Source: Candidatus Latescibacterota bacterium
Lineage (GTDB): Bacteria; Latescibacterota; UBA2968; UBA8231
DNA: 64,000 nt
Assembly: GCA_965221775.1 (NCBI GenBank)
Contig: CBDCSU010000006.1
Coordinates: forward strand, 2,336,001 to 2,400,000
Reading direction: 5' to 3'
Below, one piece after another: positions 1 to 8,440 of the stretch; positions within the stretch are counted from its first letter, which is position 1, and each line of letters starts with the position of its first letter. The notes beneath the pieces were generated by a model. It ran no database searches and was not told where the DNA came from. It worked only from the letters and a program-made list of their open reading frames with translations. The translations under genes and the position numbers were made by a program.

Positions 1-14
1 GGACCTGCTTCGGA

Positions 15-1280
15 TCAGCCGGAGACGAGGGGCAGCGTGACGCTCATGGTGGTGCCTGCGCCATGGCCGCCGCTCGAGGGTTGGATCTTCCCTCCCGAAC
101 CCGTCACGAAGTTGGCTGCCGAGTGCAGGCCGAGTCCCGTCCCTTCCCGCTTGGTCGTGTACCCGGGCCTGAAGATCGCCTCGAGGTCTTCCGCCGCGAT
201 GCCGATGCCGTTGTCCTCCACCTCGAGGGCCAGGAAATCCCCCCGGACTCGGGCCCTGATCTCGATGCGGGGCGGGCCTTCGAGCCCGCCGGACTGCTCC
301 AACTCGTCGATCGCTTCCATCGCATTCTTCAGCAGGTTGACCAGCATCTGGTTGAACGGGGTCTCCTGAATGCGGATCTCCTCGGGGGCGTCGCCGCAGT
401 CCACGTGCGTGCGAATGCCCCTGCTGGAAAGGGACTCCTGCAGGATCGCCAATGCGCCGGAGATGGCCTGCCGCAGATTGAGGTCCTTGCGCGTCATGGC
501 GTCGCTGTCGAAGCCCCGCTGAGCCCGGACGATGTCGACGATGTGGCTCGTCTGGCTGTCGACCCGTTCCACCGACTGCATCAACTGGCGGTTCTGCGCG
601 GCGAAGTCCTCGGCCACAGCCACCAGGAAGGGCCGGACCTGCCGGCCTTGCGGGTCCTGCCGGACGTAGTCGGCCCAGTCCTCCGAGTGCGCCTCGGCGG
701 CAGCGGACAAGGCCGAGAGGCGCTCGATGAGCGGATCGTTGCGCAACTGTTCCTGCAGGGTCCCGATACCGATGGCGGCGCTGGTGACGGCGTTCCCGAT
801 GTTGTGGAGGATGGTGTCCATGACCTCCAGGCGCCCCTGGGCGAAGGCCTGGGCGCGGGCCTCTTCGGCCTGCACTCTCTCGGTGACGTCGCGGAAGACG
901 GTGACCCCGCCCCGTGTGCCGCCGGGCAGGGTGATGGGCCGGCCGCTGGAGCTGATGTGGACCCCCTGCGGCTTGGCGGCGGTGCGGATGAACATCTCCG
1001 CCTCGTCCGTCGCCTCGCCGCGCAGGGCGCGCACGAGGGGCAGTTCCTCCGTCGGGAAGGGGGTCACCTTGTCGGAGCGGAAGATGCTGTACTCCTCCGT
1101 CCAGCGGTCGGGAACCGCTTCCAGGCTCGTGCCGATGATGCGTCGGGCACTCGGATTGAAGGTGAGGCCGCCGTTCTCGTCAGCGACGATGACGCCGTCG
1201 CTGATGCTGTCGAAGATGGCTCTCATCACCTCGATCTCATGCTGCAGCTCGTCGATGGTCTTGCTCACCTTGATCTCCAT
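15..1280 (-). CDS. PAS-domain sensor histidine kinase
   Basis: PAS (IFDSISDGVIVAD...GGVTVFRDVTER), H-box (ILHNIGNAVT), HATPase N/G1/F/G2 boxes (NLLKNA, EDNGIGI, FRPGYTTK, GTGLGL). Confidence 0.9.
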   Translation of the reverse strand: MEIKVSKTIDELQHEIEVMRAIFDSISDGVIVADENGGLTFNPSARRIIGTSLEAVPDRWTEEYSIFRSDKVTPFPTEELPLVRALRGEATDEAEMFIRTAAKPQGVHISSSGRPITLPGGTRGGVTVFRDVTERVQAEEARAQAFAQGRLEVMDTILHNIGNAVTSAAIGIGTLQEQLRNDPLIERLSALSAAAEAHSEDWADYVRQDPQGRQVRPFLVAVAEDFAAQNRQLMQSVERVDSQTSHIVDIVRAQRGFDSDAMTRKDLNLRQAISGALAILQESLSSRGIRTHVDCGDAPEEIRIQETPFNQMLVNLLKNAMEAIDELEQSGGLEGPPRIEIRARVRGDFLALEVEDNGIGIAAEDLEAIFRPGYTTKREGTGLGLHSAANFVTGSGGKIQPSSGGHGAGTTMSVTLPLVSG

Positions 1281-1383
1281 TGAGCTGGAGGCCTGCCTTC
1301 GACGGTGAAGGATGAGACGGGTCGGGCGGCGCCGTCAGATGGCTGCACCAGGGCCGCCGGCGGGACAGGCGAGGACGGAAGAC

Positions 1384-2022
1384 TCAGCGGCTGAAGCTGG
1401 CCTTCAAGGCGCCCCAGGCGGTCCGGGCGACGGCGGTCATGGCACCGTCGAGGCGGTCGAACTCCCACTCGCCATCGGCCTCCGCCGTCAGGGTGAGGAG
1501 GTGGTTGTCCACGGACCAGGTGCGGGTCCCGCCTTCCTCGCCGAAGACGGCGAGGAACTCGACCTCCTCGAGGACGACGAAGAACTCGGCCACGTAGGCC
1601 TCCTCGAAGGCCGGGTAGTTGTCGTCGGGGACTCCGTGGGTATCGGCCGCCTGGCGGGCCAGAGCACGGGCGAGGCGGGTGAAGAACCCGGCGAGGTCCT
1701 CGCCGTCGACGCGCAGGTCCAGGCCGGCGATCTCCACCGAGAGGCGGTCCCCCTCTACGCCGTAGGTGCCGCTGCCGCTTGCGGTGATCTGCCCGATGGC
1801 CGGCGCCTCGGCGAGATCGACGCCGGCCAGGAAGCCGTCCTTCACCTCGATGACCTGGTCGATCTCGAAGCTGCCGTCGTCGCCGAAGACCAGCCGGGTG
1901 GTGACCTCGCCGACGCGGTCGTCGACGAAGGCGCCCTCCCAGGTGCCGTGGAGGTCCTCCTCGGCCGACAGGGGAGGCAGGAGCAGGAAGAGGGGGAGGA
2001 GAGAGGCCAGCAGCCGGCGCAT
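1384..2022 (-). CDS. Secreted lipocalin-like hypothetical protein with C-terminal TAV...WGxLK motif
   Basis: Signal peptide MRRLLASLLPLFLLLPPLSA; N-terminal LHGTWEG; ends MTAVARTAWGALKASFSR. Start moved to the ATG at 2022 behind a GAAGGAG SD. Confidence 0.75.
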   Translation of the reverse strand: MRRLLASLLPLFLLLPPLSAEEDLHGTWEGAFVDDRVGEVTTRLVFGDDGSFEIDQVIEVKDGFLAGVDLAEAPAIGQITASGSGTYGVEGDRLSVEIAGLDLRVDGEDLAGFFTRLARALARQAADTHGVPDDNYPAFEEAYVAEFFVVLEEVEFLAVFGEEGGTRTWSVDNHLLTLTAEADGEWEFDRLDGAMTAVARTAWGALKASFSR

Positions 2023-2039
2023 GCAGTCTCCTTCGAAGG

Positions 2040-3032
2040 TCACGCGTACAGGTGGGCGACGTACTCTTCGTAGCCGTTGTAGAGCAGGGTGTCGCGCCGC
2101 TCGAAGCTCGACAGGCTCGTGGAGATGAAGCGCTCGCTGGCCTGCGACCACCGGGGGTGGGGGACCTCGGGCTCGACGTTGGAGAGGAAGCCGTACTCGT
2201 GGGGGGCCTCGGTGTTCCAGAACGTGGCCGGCTGCTCCTCGATGAACTCGATCCGGACGATCGACTTGAGGCCCTTGAAGCCGTACTTCCAGGGGGTCAC
2301 CAGGCGCAACGGCGGGCCGTGCTGCTTGGGCAGGGCGTGGCCGTAGATGCCCGTCACCAGCAGGGTCAGCTCATTGGTCGCCTCGGCCATGCTCAGGCCC
2401 TCCACGTAGGGCCAGGGGAAGTCGGGCCGGTCCCACTGCCCCGGCGCGACCGAGGGATTGAAGAAGGAGGTCATGCGCACGAAGCGGGCCGAAGACAGAG
2501 GCTCCACCAGGTCGATGAGGGCCTTCATGGGAAAGCCGGTCCAGGGGATGGCCATGGACCACGCCTCGACGCAGCGGTGGCGGTAGAGCCGTTCCTCCAG
2601 GTCCATGCGGCCCACGAGGTCGTCGATGTCCCAGGTCCTGGGCTCGTTCACCAGGCCGGCGATCTCCACCGTCCACGGGGAGGGCTCGAACTTGTCGACG
2701 TACTTCCAGACCTCCTTGCTGGTGGAGAACTCGTAGAAGTTGTTGTAGAGGCCGGCGATCTCCTCGTCGGTGAGGGGCCGGTCGAGGGTGGAGAAGTCCG
2801 GGTTCACCGGCGCCGGGTACCACTGGTCCGGGGGGATCGGCTCGCGGTCCTCGAGGCCGAGGAAGGGCCTGGGATCGACGAGGTCCTTCGGCTGCAGGAG
2901 CCGGTCGGGGATGCAGCCCGAGATCAGGCCGATGGTGCCCAGGCCGGCGCCGCGGAGGAACTTGCGGCGGTTCAGATAGGCGGCCTCGTCGGTGGCCTCC
3001 CGCTCGGGGATCTCCCATTTCCTGCGCGGCAT
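2040..3032 (-). CDS. msrP: Protein-methionine-sulfoxide reductase catalytic subunit (MsrP/YedY)
   Basis: Tat motif NRRKFL; YNNFYEF, ERLYRHRCVEAWSMAIPW, HGPPLRLVTPWKYGFK, HPRWSQASER signatures. Confidence 0.93.
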   Translation of the reverse strand: MPRRKWEIPEREATDEAAYLNRRKFLRGAGLGTIGLISGCIPDRLLQPKDLVDPRPFLGLEDREPIPPDQWYPAPVNPDFSTLDRPLTDEEIAGLYNNFYEFSTSKEVWKYVDKFEPSPWTVEIAGLVNEPRTWDIDDLVGRMDLEERLYRHRCVEAWSMAIPWTGFPMKALIDLVEPLSSARFVRMTSFFNPSVAPGQWDRPDFPWPYVEGLSMAEATNELTLLVTGIYGHALPKQHGPPLRLVTPWKYGFKGLKSIVRIEFIEEQPATFWNTEAPHEYGFLSNVEPEVPHPRWSQASERFISTSLSSFERRDTLLYNGYEEYVAHLYA

Positions 3033-3092
3033 TGGCGGCCTCCTTTCCCAGAATGGCAGAGAGAATATACGAGCCTGCCCGCTTCGCGGCGC

Positions 3093-4007
3093 CTATCCCT
3101 TGAAGGCCAGCCCCAGGGCATAGGTCGTGCCCGCCGCGGTGTTGCACCCGGAGACGATGTGGAAGAGATCGGCGCTGATCTCCACCCGGTCGTTGAAGGA
3201 CCAGATCAGCCCCGGCGAGAACTTGAGGTTGTTCTGGTCGCCCACGAGCCCGCCGGTCGCGCCGGTGGCCCCGCAGTCGCCCAGGGTCTGGATCCCCTCG
3301 ATCACACCCTTGACCAGCAGACGGTCGAAGGAGTAGCCGGCCTCCAGGCCGTGGAACAGTTCGTTGCCGTACTCCCCGCCGCGAAGGCGGTAGCCGAGGG
3401 TGCCGGTCACGTACCCCGGCACCGGGTAGAGGGACGTGCCCACCAGCAGGCGCACCTCGGCGTCGGTCTCGCCCGTGCCCAGGGGGACGTAGCTCTCCGG
3501 GATCTCCGTGGGCACGTCGTAGCCGAGGGGGATCTTGCCGCCGGCGGCCAGGGAGACGACGGCCGGATCGGCCATCAGCCGCCAGCGCAGGCGCAGCTCC
3601 AGGTCGGCAAGACCGGAGCTGGACTGGTCCGGATGCTGGCGCACGATGGTGCTGTCGAGGGCCTCGAAGTACCTCGCCTCCGTCGGATTGGTGAACTCCA
3701 GGCTCTTGTACGGCAGGGAGGCCACCATGGTCAGGCGATCCAGCAGGCCGTACTCCAGGTAGGCGGAATAGCCCCGGTCGCTCAGCTCCTCCTGGGGGTC
3801 CTGGGCCCGGTCCCGGCGCTCACCGTCGAGGTCCAGGTAGGCTCGAGAGCTGAAGGAGAGCCCGGCCAGCTTGGAGTAGAAGCCGCCCTGGGGCTGGGTC
3901 CAGGCGCCGGCGTGCAGTTGGGCCGGGGCCGCCGCCAGCAGGAGGGCGGTCAGCGGGATCCACGGCCGGAGGGGGTGAAGGGTCCTGGGTCGGTCGAGGC
4001 TGTTCAT
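3093..4007 (-). CDS. Outer-membrane beta-barrel protein (transporter-like)
   Basis: Signal peptide ending AQLHA-GAWTQPQGGFY; YLEYGLLDRLT; PLGTGETDAE; amphipathic final strand YALGLAF. Confidence 0.7.
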   Translation of the reverse strand: MNSLDRPRTLHPLRPWIPLTALLLAAAPAQLHAGAWTQPQGGFYSKLAGLSFSSRAYLDLDGERRDRAQDPQEELSDRGYSAYLEYGLLDRLTMVASLPYKSLEFTNPTEARYFEALDSTIVRQHPDQSSSGLADLELRLRWRLMADPAVVSLAAGGKIPLGYDVPTEIPESYVPLGTGETDAEVRLLVGTSLYPVPGYVTGTLGYRLRGGEYGNELFHGLEAGYSFDRLLVKGVIEGIQTLGDCGATGATGGLVGDQNNLKFSPGLIWSFNDRVEISADLFHIVSGCNTAAGTTYALGLAFKG

Positions 4008-4075
4008 AGGTGTCTCTCTGATGTTGGCAAATGGGTCAGACGTCTGGTCTCCAAGGATTGTCCATCTGGGCGAGG

Positions 4076-5131
4076 TCACAACTCCACCCCCCGCTCCCCG
4101 GCATCGGCCGCTGCCTGCACACGCAGGGCCGTCTCGGACGAAGCGAGGACCTGCCCCGTTGTCAGCTCCCCCTCCTCGCGGGGCTCGCCGCGGATCCCCT
4201 TGAGAAAGGCGTCCAGGTATCCGCCGCTGTTGCCGGGGGGCAGGGGACGCCGCTCGACCTTGCGGCCCTTCGCCGGCGCCAGCTCCAGGTGGTCGTCGTT
4301 GGTGGCGGTCTCGAGGACGCCTTCGCGCCCCCAGAAGGTCGTTCTCCAATAGTAAGGCAGGGCGTACCCCGGGCCATCGGGCGCGAAGTAGGAGACATCG
4401 CCCACGACACCGCAGCCGTTGTCCATGGTGAGCAGCATCTGGGCGCCGTCGTGGAAATGGGGGGTCTCGGGGGCGAAGGCGTTCCAGCAGCGCGCCGCCT
4501 CCAGCCGCGTGAAGCGCAGGCCGGTGATGAAGGGGAGCCCGTCGATGGCGTGGATGCCGATGTCGTTGATCGTGCCGCCGTGCTGCCCGGGCTCGAAGTA
4601 CCAGGCCGGACGGGAGCCGAGCATGAGGGGGTGCTGGCCGCCGAACTGGACGGCGTGGATCTCGCCGATGACTCCCTCCCGGATGAGGCCGCGCACCGCG
4701 CGCGGGCCGGCGGCATCCCTCATGGTGAGCATGCACCCCACTTCCAGGCCGCCGGCGGAGGCGAGGGCGCCGATCCGCTCCACCTCCCCCAGGCGGGTGC
4801 ACAGGGGCTTGTCGGCGATCACGTGGAGTCCCCGCTCCAGGGCGGCGATGAGGCGGACGCCGCGCAGGGCGTACACGTCGCCAACGGCCACGGCGTCGCA
4901 CTCGACCTCGTCGAGCAGGCGGTCCACCTCGCGGTGAGTGATCTCGATGCTCGATCCGGCCAGCTCGCGGCGGGTCTCCCCGTCCTCCTCGCAGGCTCCT
5001 ACGACGCGGACCCCCGGCGTGGCGAGGGCGCGCTCGTGGAGGCTGTGGATGTGGGCGTGGCGGAACCCGATGAAGGCGATGCGCACGTCGTCCAAGGTGG
5101 TCTCCAGAGAAGGGGATTGCAGATGAACCAA
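4076..5131 (-). CDS. Gfo/Idh/MocA family oxidoreductase
   Basis: IAFIGFRHAH Rossmann start, HVIADKPL, GGTINDIGIHAID. Start codon uncertain. Confidence 0.88.
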   Translation of the reverse strand: MVHLQSPSLETTLDDVRIAFIGFRHAHIHSLHERALATPGVRVVGACEEDGETRRELAGSSIEITHREVDRLLDEVECDAVAVGDVYALRGVRLIAALERGLHVIADKPLCTRLGEVERIGALASAGGLEVGCMLTMRDAAGPRAVRGLIREGVIGEIHAVQFGGQHPLMLGSRPAWYFEPGQHGGTINDIGIHAIDGLPFITGLRFTRLEAARCWNAFAPETPHFHDGAQMLLTMDNGCGVVGDVSYFAPDGPGYALPYYWRTTFWGREGVLETATNDDHLELAPAKGRKVERRPLPPGNSGGYLDAFLKGIRGEPREEGELTTGQVLASSETALRVQAAADAGERGVEL

Positions 5132-5222
5132 AGGCCGCGGCGCCTGCGGTCAAGCGGCGCTGGCGGGTTCCGGTCGCCCCCGGTTACCTTGAACCGGGGG
5201 CCGAATCACGGGGGGAAATGGC

Positions 5223-6065
5223 TTGAACTTCCGCAAGGCAGTGGTGGTCGGCGCCGGTACCATGGGCCGGGGCATCGCCCAGGTGCTTCTGGAGGCCGGC
5301 CTGCACGTGGGGCTGCACGACGCCTCGGGGGCCGTCCTCCAGGCGGCGGTCGACTCGGTCCGGGAGCGGGTGCGCCGCCGCCGCGATCGCGGAGAGATCG
5401 GCGGCGATCCGGATGAGATCGCCGGGCGGCTGCGCGCTCTCGCGGAGCTGTCGGACCTGGCCGGTACCGACCTGGCGATCGAAGCGGTTCCGGAGCGCCT
5501 CGACCTGAAGCAGGACGTTCTCGCCCGGCTCGACGCCGTGCTGCCTCCCGGGGCGGTACTGGCCTCCAACACCTCGGGGCTGGACCTGTCGGCGCTGGCC
5601 GGCGCCACCGGCCGCCCCCATCGGGTGGTGGGCCTGCATTTCTTCAACCCGCCCCCGGCCATGCCTCTGGTGGAGATCATCGCCGCGCCGCGGACGTCCC
5701 CGGAGGTGGTGACTGCCGTGGCCGGGCTGGCGCGCCGCTGCGGCAAGACCCCGATCGAGGTCGGCAACCGGCCTGGATTCGCCGTCAACCGGCTGCTCTT
5801 CGCCATGGTCGCCGAGGCGGTCCGGGCCCTGGAGGAGGGGGTCGCGTCAGCGGAGGATCTGGACCGCGCCGTGCGCCTGGGCGCCGGCCATCCCATCGGC
5901 CCCCTGGCGCTGGCCGACTTCGTCGGGCTCGACGTCTGCCTCGATATCCTCGAATCCCTCGAGGCCCGCCTCGGCCCCCGGTACGCGCCGCCCGGGCGAC
6001 TCCGCCGGCTGGTCGCGGAAGGCCGGCTGGGGCGCAAGACGGGGGGCGGGTTCTTCGACTATTGA
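5223..6065 (+). CDS. 3-hydroxyacyl-CoA (3-hydroxybutyryl-CoA) dehydrogenase family
   Basis: VVGAGTMGRGIAQ, IEAVPE, LASNTS, GLHFFNP, GPLALADFVGLD, GRKTGGGFFDY. Confidence 0.92.
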   Translation: MNFRKAVVVGAGTMGRGIAQVLLEAGLHVGLHDASGAVLQAAVDSVRERVRRRRDRGEIGGDPDEIAGRLRALAELSDLAGTDLAIEAVPERLDLKQDVLARLDAVLPPGAVLASNTSGLDLSALAGATGRPHRVVGLHFFNPPPAMPLVEIIAAPRTSPEVVTAVAGLARRCGKTPIEVGNRPGFAVNRLLFAMVAEAVRALEEGVASAEDLDRAVRLGAGHPIGPLALADFVGLDVCLDILESLEARLGPRYAPPGRLRRLVAEGRLGRKTGGGFFDY

Positions 6066-6177
6066 GAGATCCGCGCCACCGGGTCGTGAGGCCCGCCGCC
6101 GGGCCCGCTGCGCGGCCGCCCCGCCGGCCGACGGGGGCCGCGCCAGGCCATGAGGGCGCCCCACGGGGACCGACGCC

Positions 6178-7563
6178 ATGTTGAGATTCCCCCGCGCAGG
6201 TCTGCTGGCTGCCGGGGGGGTGCTGACCGGCGTCTTCCTGTGGCTCCGGGCCATCGGCGATCTCGGCGAGAACGTGCCCGGGATGTGGCTGGCTCTGTTG
6301 CCGGCCCTGGCCGCCTGGGCATACGCCGCCTGGCTGGTGCTGCGCTCCCCCCGCGCGGCGGCCGGAACCGCCGCCGTCGTGGCCGGCTTCGCCGTCCTCT
6401 TCCGGCTGCTGCTGCTCGACACCCCGCCTTCCCTGTCCGACGACATCTACCGCTACCTGTGGGACGCGCGGGTGCAGGCCTCCGGCGGGAATCCATATGC
6501 ACGAGCCCCGGACGCCGCCTCCCTCGCACCGCTACGGAACGACGACTGGGGGCGGATCAACCACCCCGAGCTCGTCACCATCTATCCGCCGGTGGCGCAG
6601 TGGTTCTTCCGGGCCGCCCACGCGGCATGGCCCGGGGCCACCGGGCTGAAGGCGGCCCTCGTCCTCGGCGACCTGCTGCTGCTGGCCGTGCTCTGGCGGC
6701 TGCTGAAGCATCGCGGGCAGAATCCGCTGCGGGCCCTGCTCTACGCCTGGCATCCCCTGCCCGTCATCGAGATCGCCGGCAACGGCCACGTCGATACCCT
6801 CGGTGTGACGCTGATGATGCTGGGTCTGCTGTTCCTGGCGTCGGGCCGCCGGCACGGGGCGGCCCTGGCCCTGACGGCGGCGATCCTGTCCAAGATGGTC
6901 CCCGTGCTGTGTCTGGCCGCCTTCTGGCGATCCTGGGAACCGGCGGACTCGCGGGGCTGGCGGCGGTGGCTCGATCCGATACCGCGCCGGCCCCTGGTGT
7001 GGGTGCCCCTCGGCGCGGCCGCCGCCTGGCTCGCGTACGCCGACGCCGGCGGGGCCATGTGGTCGGGGCTGCGGACCTTCGCCCTCAAGTGGCGTCACAA
7101 CGACAGCCTCTACGGCCTGGTCTACTCCCTGCTCGCCGACCCGAAGCCCGGCTGGGAGTGGGACGACGGCGCCCTGATGACGGCCCGCTGGATCTGCCTG
7201 GCGGGGCTCGCGGCGGTGACCGCGGGGGCGGCCGCCGGCTGGCGCGACCCGGTGCGCGCCGTCGCGGCCTCCACGGGGGCCCTGCTGCTGCTGTCCCCCG
7301 TGGTGCATCCCTGGTACCTGCTCTGGGTCCTGGCCTTCCTGCCCATGTACCCGGCACCGCCGTGGATGGCTTTCAGCTGGCTCGCCTTCCTCGGCTACGA
7401 GGCGCTCATGCCCTACCGCGGAACGGGGACGTGGCAGTCCTCGGGATGGGTGGCCTGGGTCGAGTACGGCCCGGTGTACCTGCTGCTCGGCTGGTGCCTG
7501 GTCCGGTGGGCCGCCGCTCGACGCGGCGCCGTGAGCAGGGAGACGGTCTCCGACCGGGCATGA
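6178..7563 (+). CDS. Polytopic GT-C fold glycosyltransferase (GT87/mannosyltransferase-like)
   Basis: LSDDIYRYLWD, TIYPPVAQ, AWHPL..E..GNGHVD, PVVHPWYLLW; many TM segments. Confidence 0.82.
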   Translation: MLRFPRAGLLAAGGVLTGVFLWLRAIGDLGENVPGMWLALLPALAAWAYAAWLVLRSPRAAAGTAAVVAGFAVLFRLLLLDTPPSLSDDIYRYLWDARVQASGGNPYARAPDAASLAPLRNDDWGRINHPELVTIYPPVAQWFFRAAHAAWPGATGLKAALVLGDLLLLAVLWRLLKHRGQNPLRALLYAWHPLPVIEIAGNGHVDTLGVTLMMLGLLFLASGRRHGAALALTAAILSKMVPVLCLAAFWRSWEPADSRGWRRWLDPIPRRPLVWVPLGAAAAWLAYADAGGAMWSGLRTFALKWRHNDSLYGLVYSLLADPKPGWEWDDGALMTARWICLAGLAAVTAGAAAGWRDPVRAVAASTGALLLLSPVVHPWYLLWVLAFLPMYPAPPWMAFSWLAFLGYEALMPYRGTGTWQSSGWVAWVEYGPVYLLLGWCLVRWAAARRGAVSRETVSDRA

Positions 7564-7639
7564 AGCCGCCGATCCCGGTGCGTATATTCAATTTCTTCAT
7601 CCTCGCCGACGTCTCCTCTTCCCCGATCCAGGTCTCGTC

Positions 7640-8440
7640 GTGAGTTCCGGTACCTCTCCCTGGAAACTGTCCCTGTGCCTGCTCGCACTGGCCGCGGCCG
7701 CCTGCACCCAGGTCGCCCGCCAGCCGCGGCAGAGTGCCGTGCCCTGGTGGGAGGCCGGGGGGAACCCCGCCGGGACGGAGGAGGTCCAACAGGACACGTC
7801 CGCCCAGGCAGTGGCTGAAGCCGAAGAGGGGGTGTCCGCGCTCGAAGCCGCGGAGCCGCCCGACTCCGTCGCCGCCGCCGGGGAGAGAGCTCACCCGCCG
7901 GAGGCCGTGGAGGGTCCGGACTCCCTGGCGGCTGCCGGACCGGCCGCCGAAGCCGCTCCGGCCGGTCCCGGAGGTCCTCCGGAGGTCGAAGCTGCCCGTC
8001 CCCCGGAGAGGCCGGCACCGTCCCCGGAGGTGGTGCAGGCGCAGCGGCGGGCGTACGAGTCCCGCACTCGGGAGGACCGGGAGCGGGTCGAGCGGGTGAA
8101 CGAATACGCTCTCTGGTGCATCGAACGGGGCCTCTGGGAGGAGGCGCGGATCCACCTCGAGCAGGCCGTCGCCGTGGACAGCCTGTCGGCGAGCCTGCAC
8201 AACAACCTGGGGATCCTCTACGAACGGCTCGGAGAGCGGGAGAAGGCGCGGGCGGCGTATGAGTTCGCCGCCCGGCTGGCCCCCGGTAAGCGGTTGTACC
8301 AGGCCAATCTTGGCTACCTCCGCAGGGCCGAGGAGGCCCGCGGGGTACCGGCGGACAGCGTCGACATCGACGGACTGCCGAAGGCCAGGGAACGCCGCCG
8401 AGGGACCGCCCCGGCGCGGGAAACGCCGGAGGAAGGGTGA
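7640..8440 (+). CDS. TPR-repeat lipoprotein
   Basis: Lipobox AAAC, Pro/Ala/Glu-rich linker, TPR motifs (GLWEEARIHLEQAV...LHNNLGILYERLG). Confidence 0.75.
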   Translation: MSSGTSPWKLSLCLLALAAAACTQVARQPRQSAVPWWEAGGNPAGTEEVQQDTSAQAVAEAEEGVSALEAAEPPDSVAAAGERAHPPEAVEGPDSLAAAGPAAEAAPAGPGGPPEVEAARPPERPAPSPEVVQAQRRAYESRTREDRERVERVNEYALWCIERGLWEEARIHLEQAVAVDSLSASLHNNLGILYERLGEREKARAAYEFAARLAPGKRLYQANLGYLRRAEEARGVPADSVDIDGLPKARERRRGTAPARETPEEG

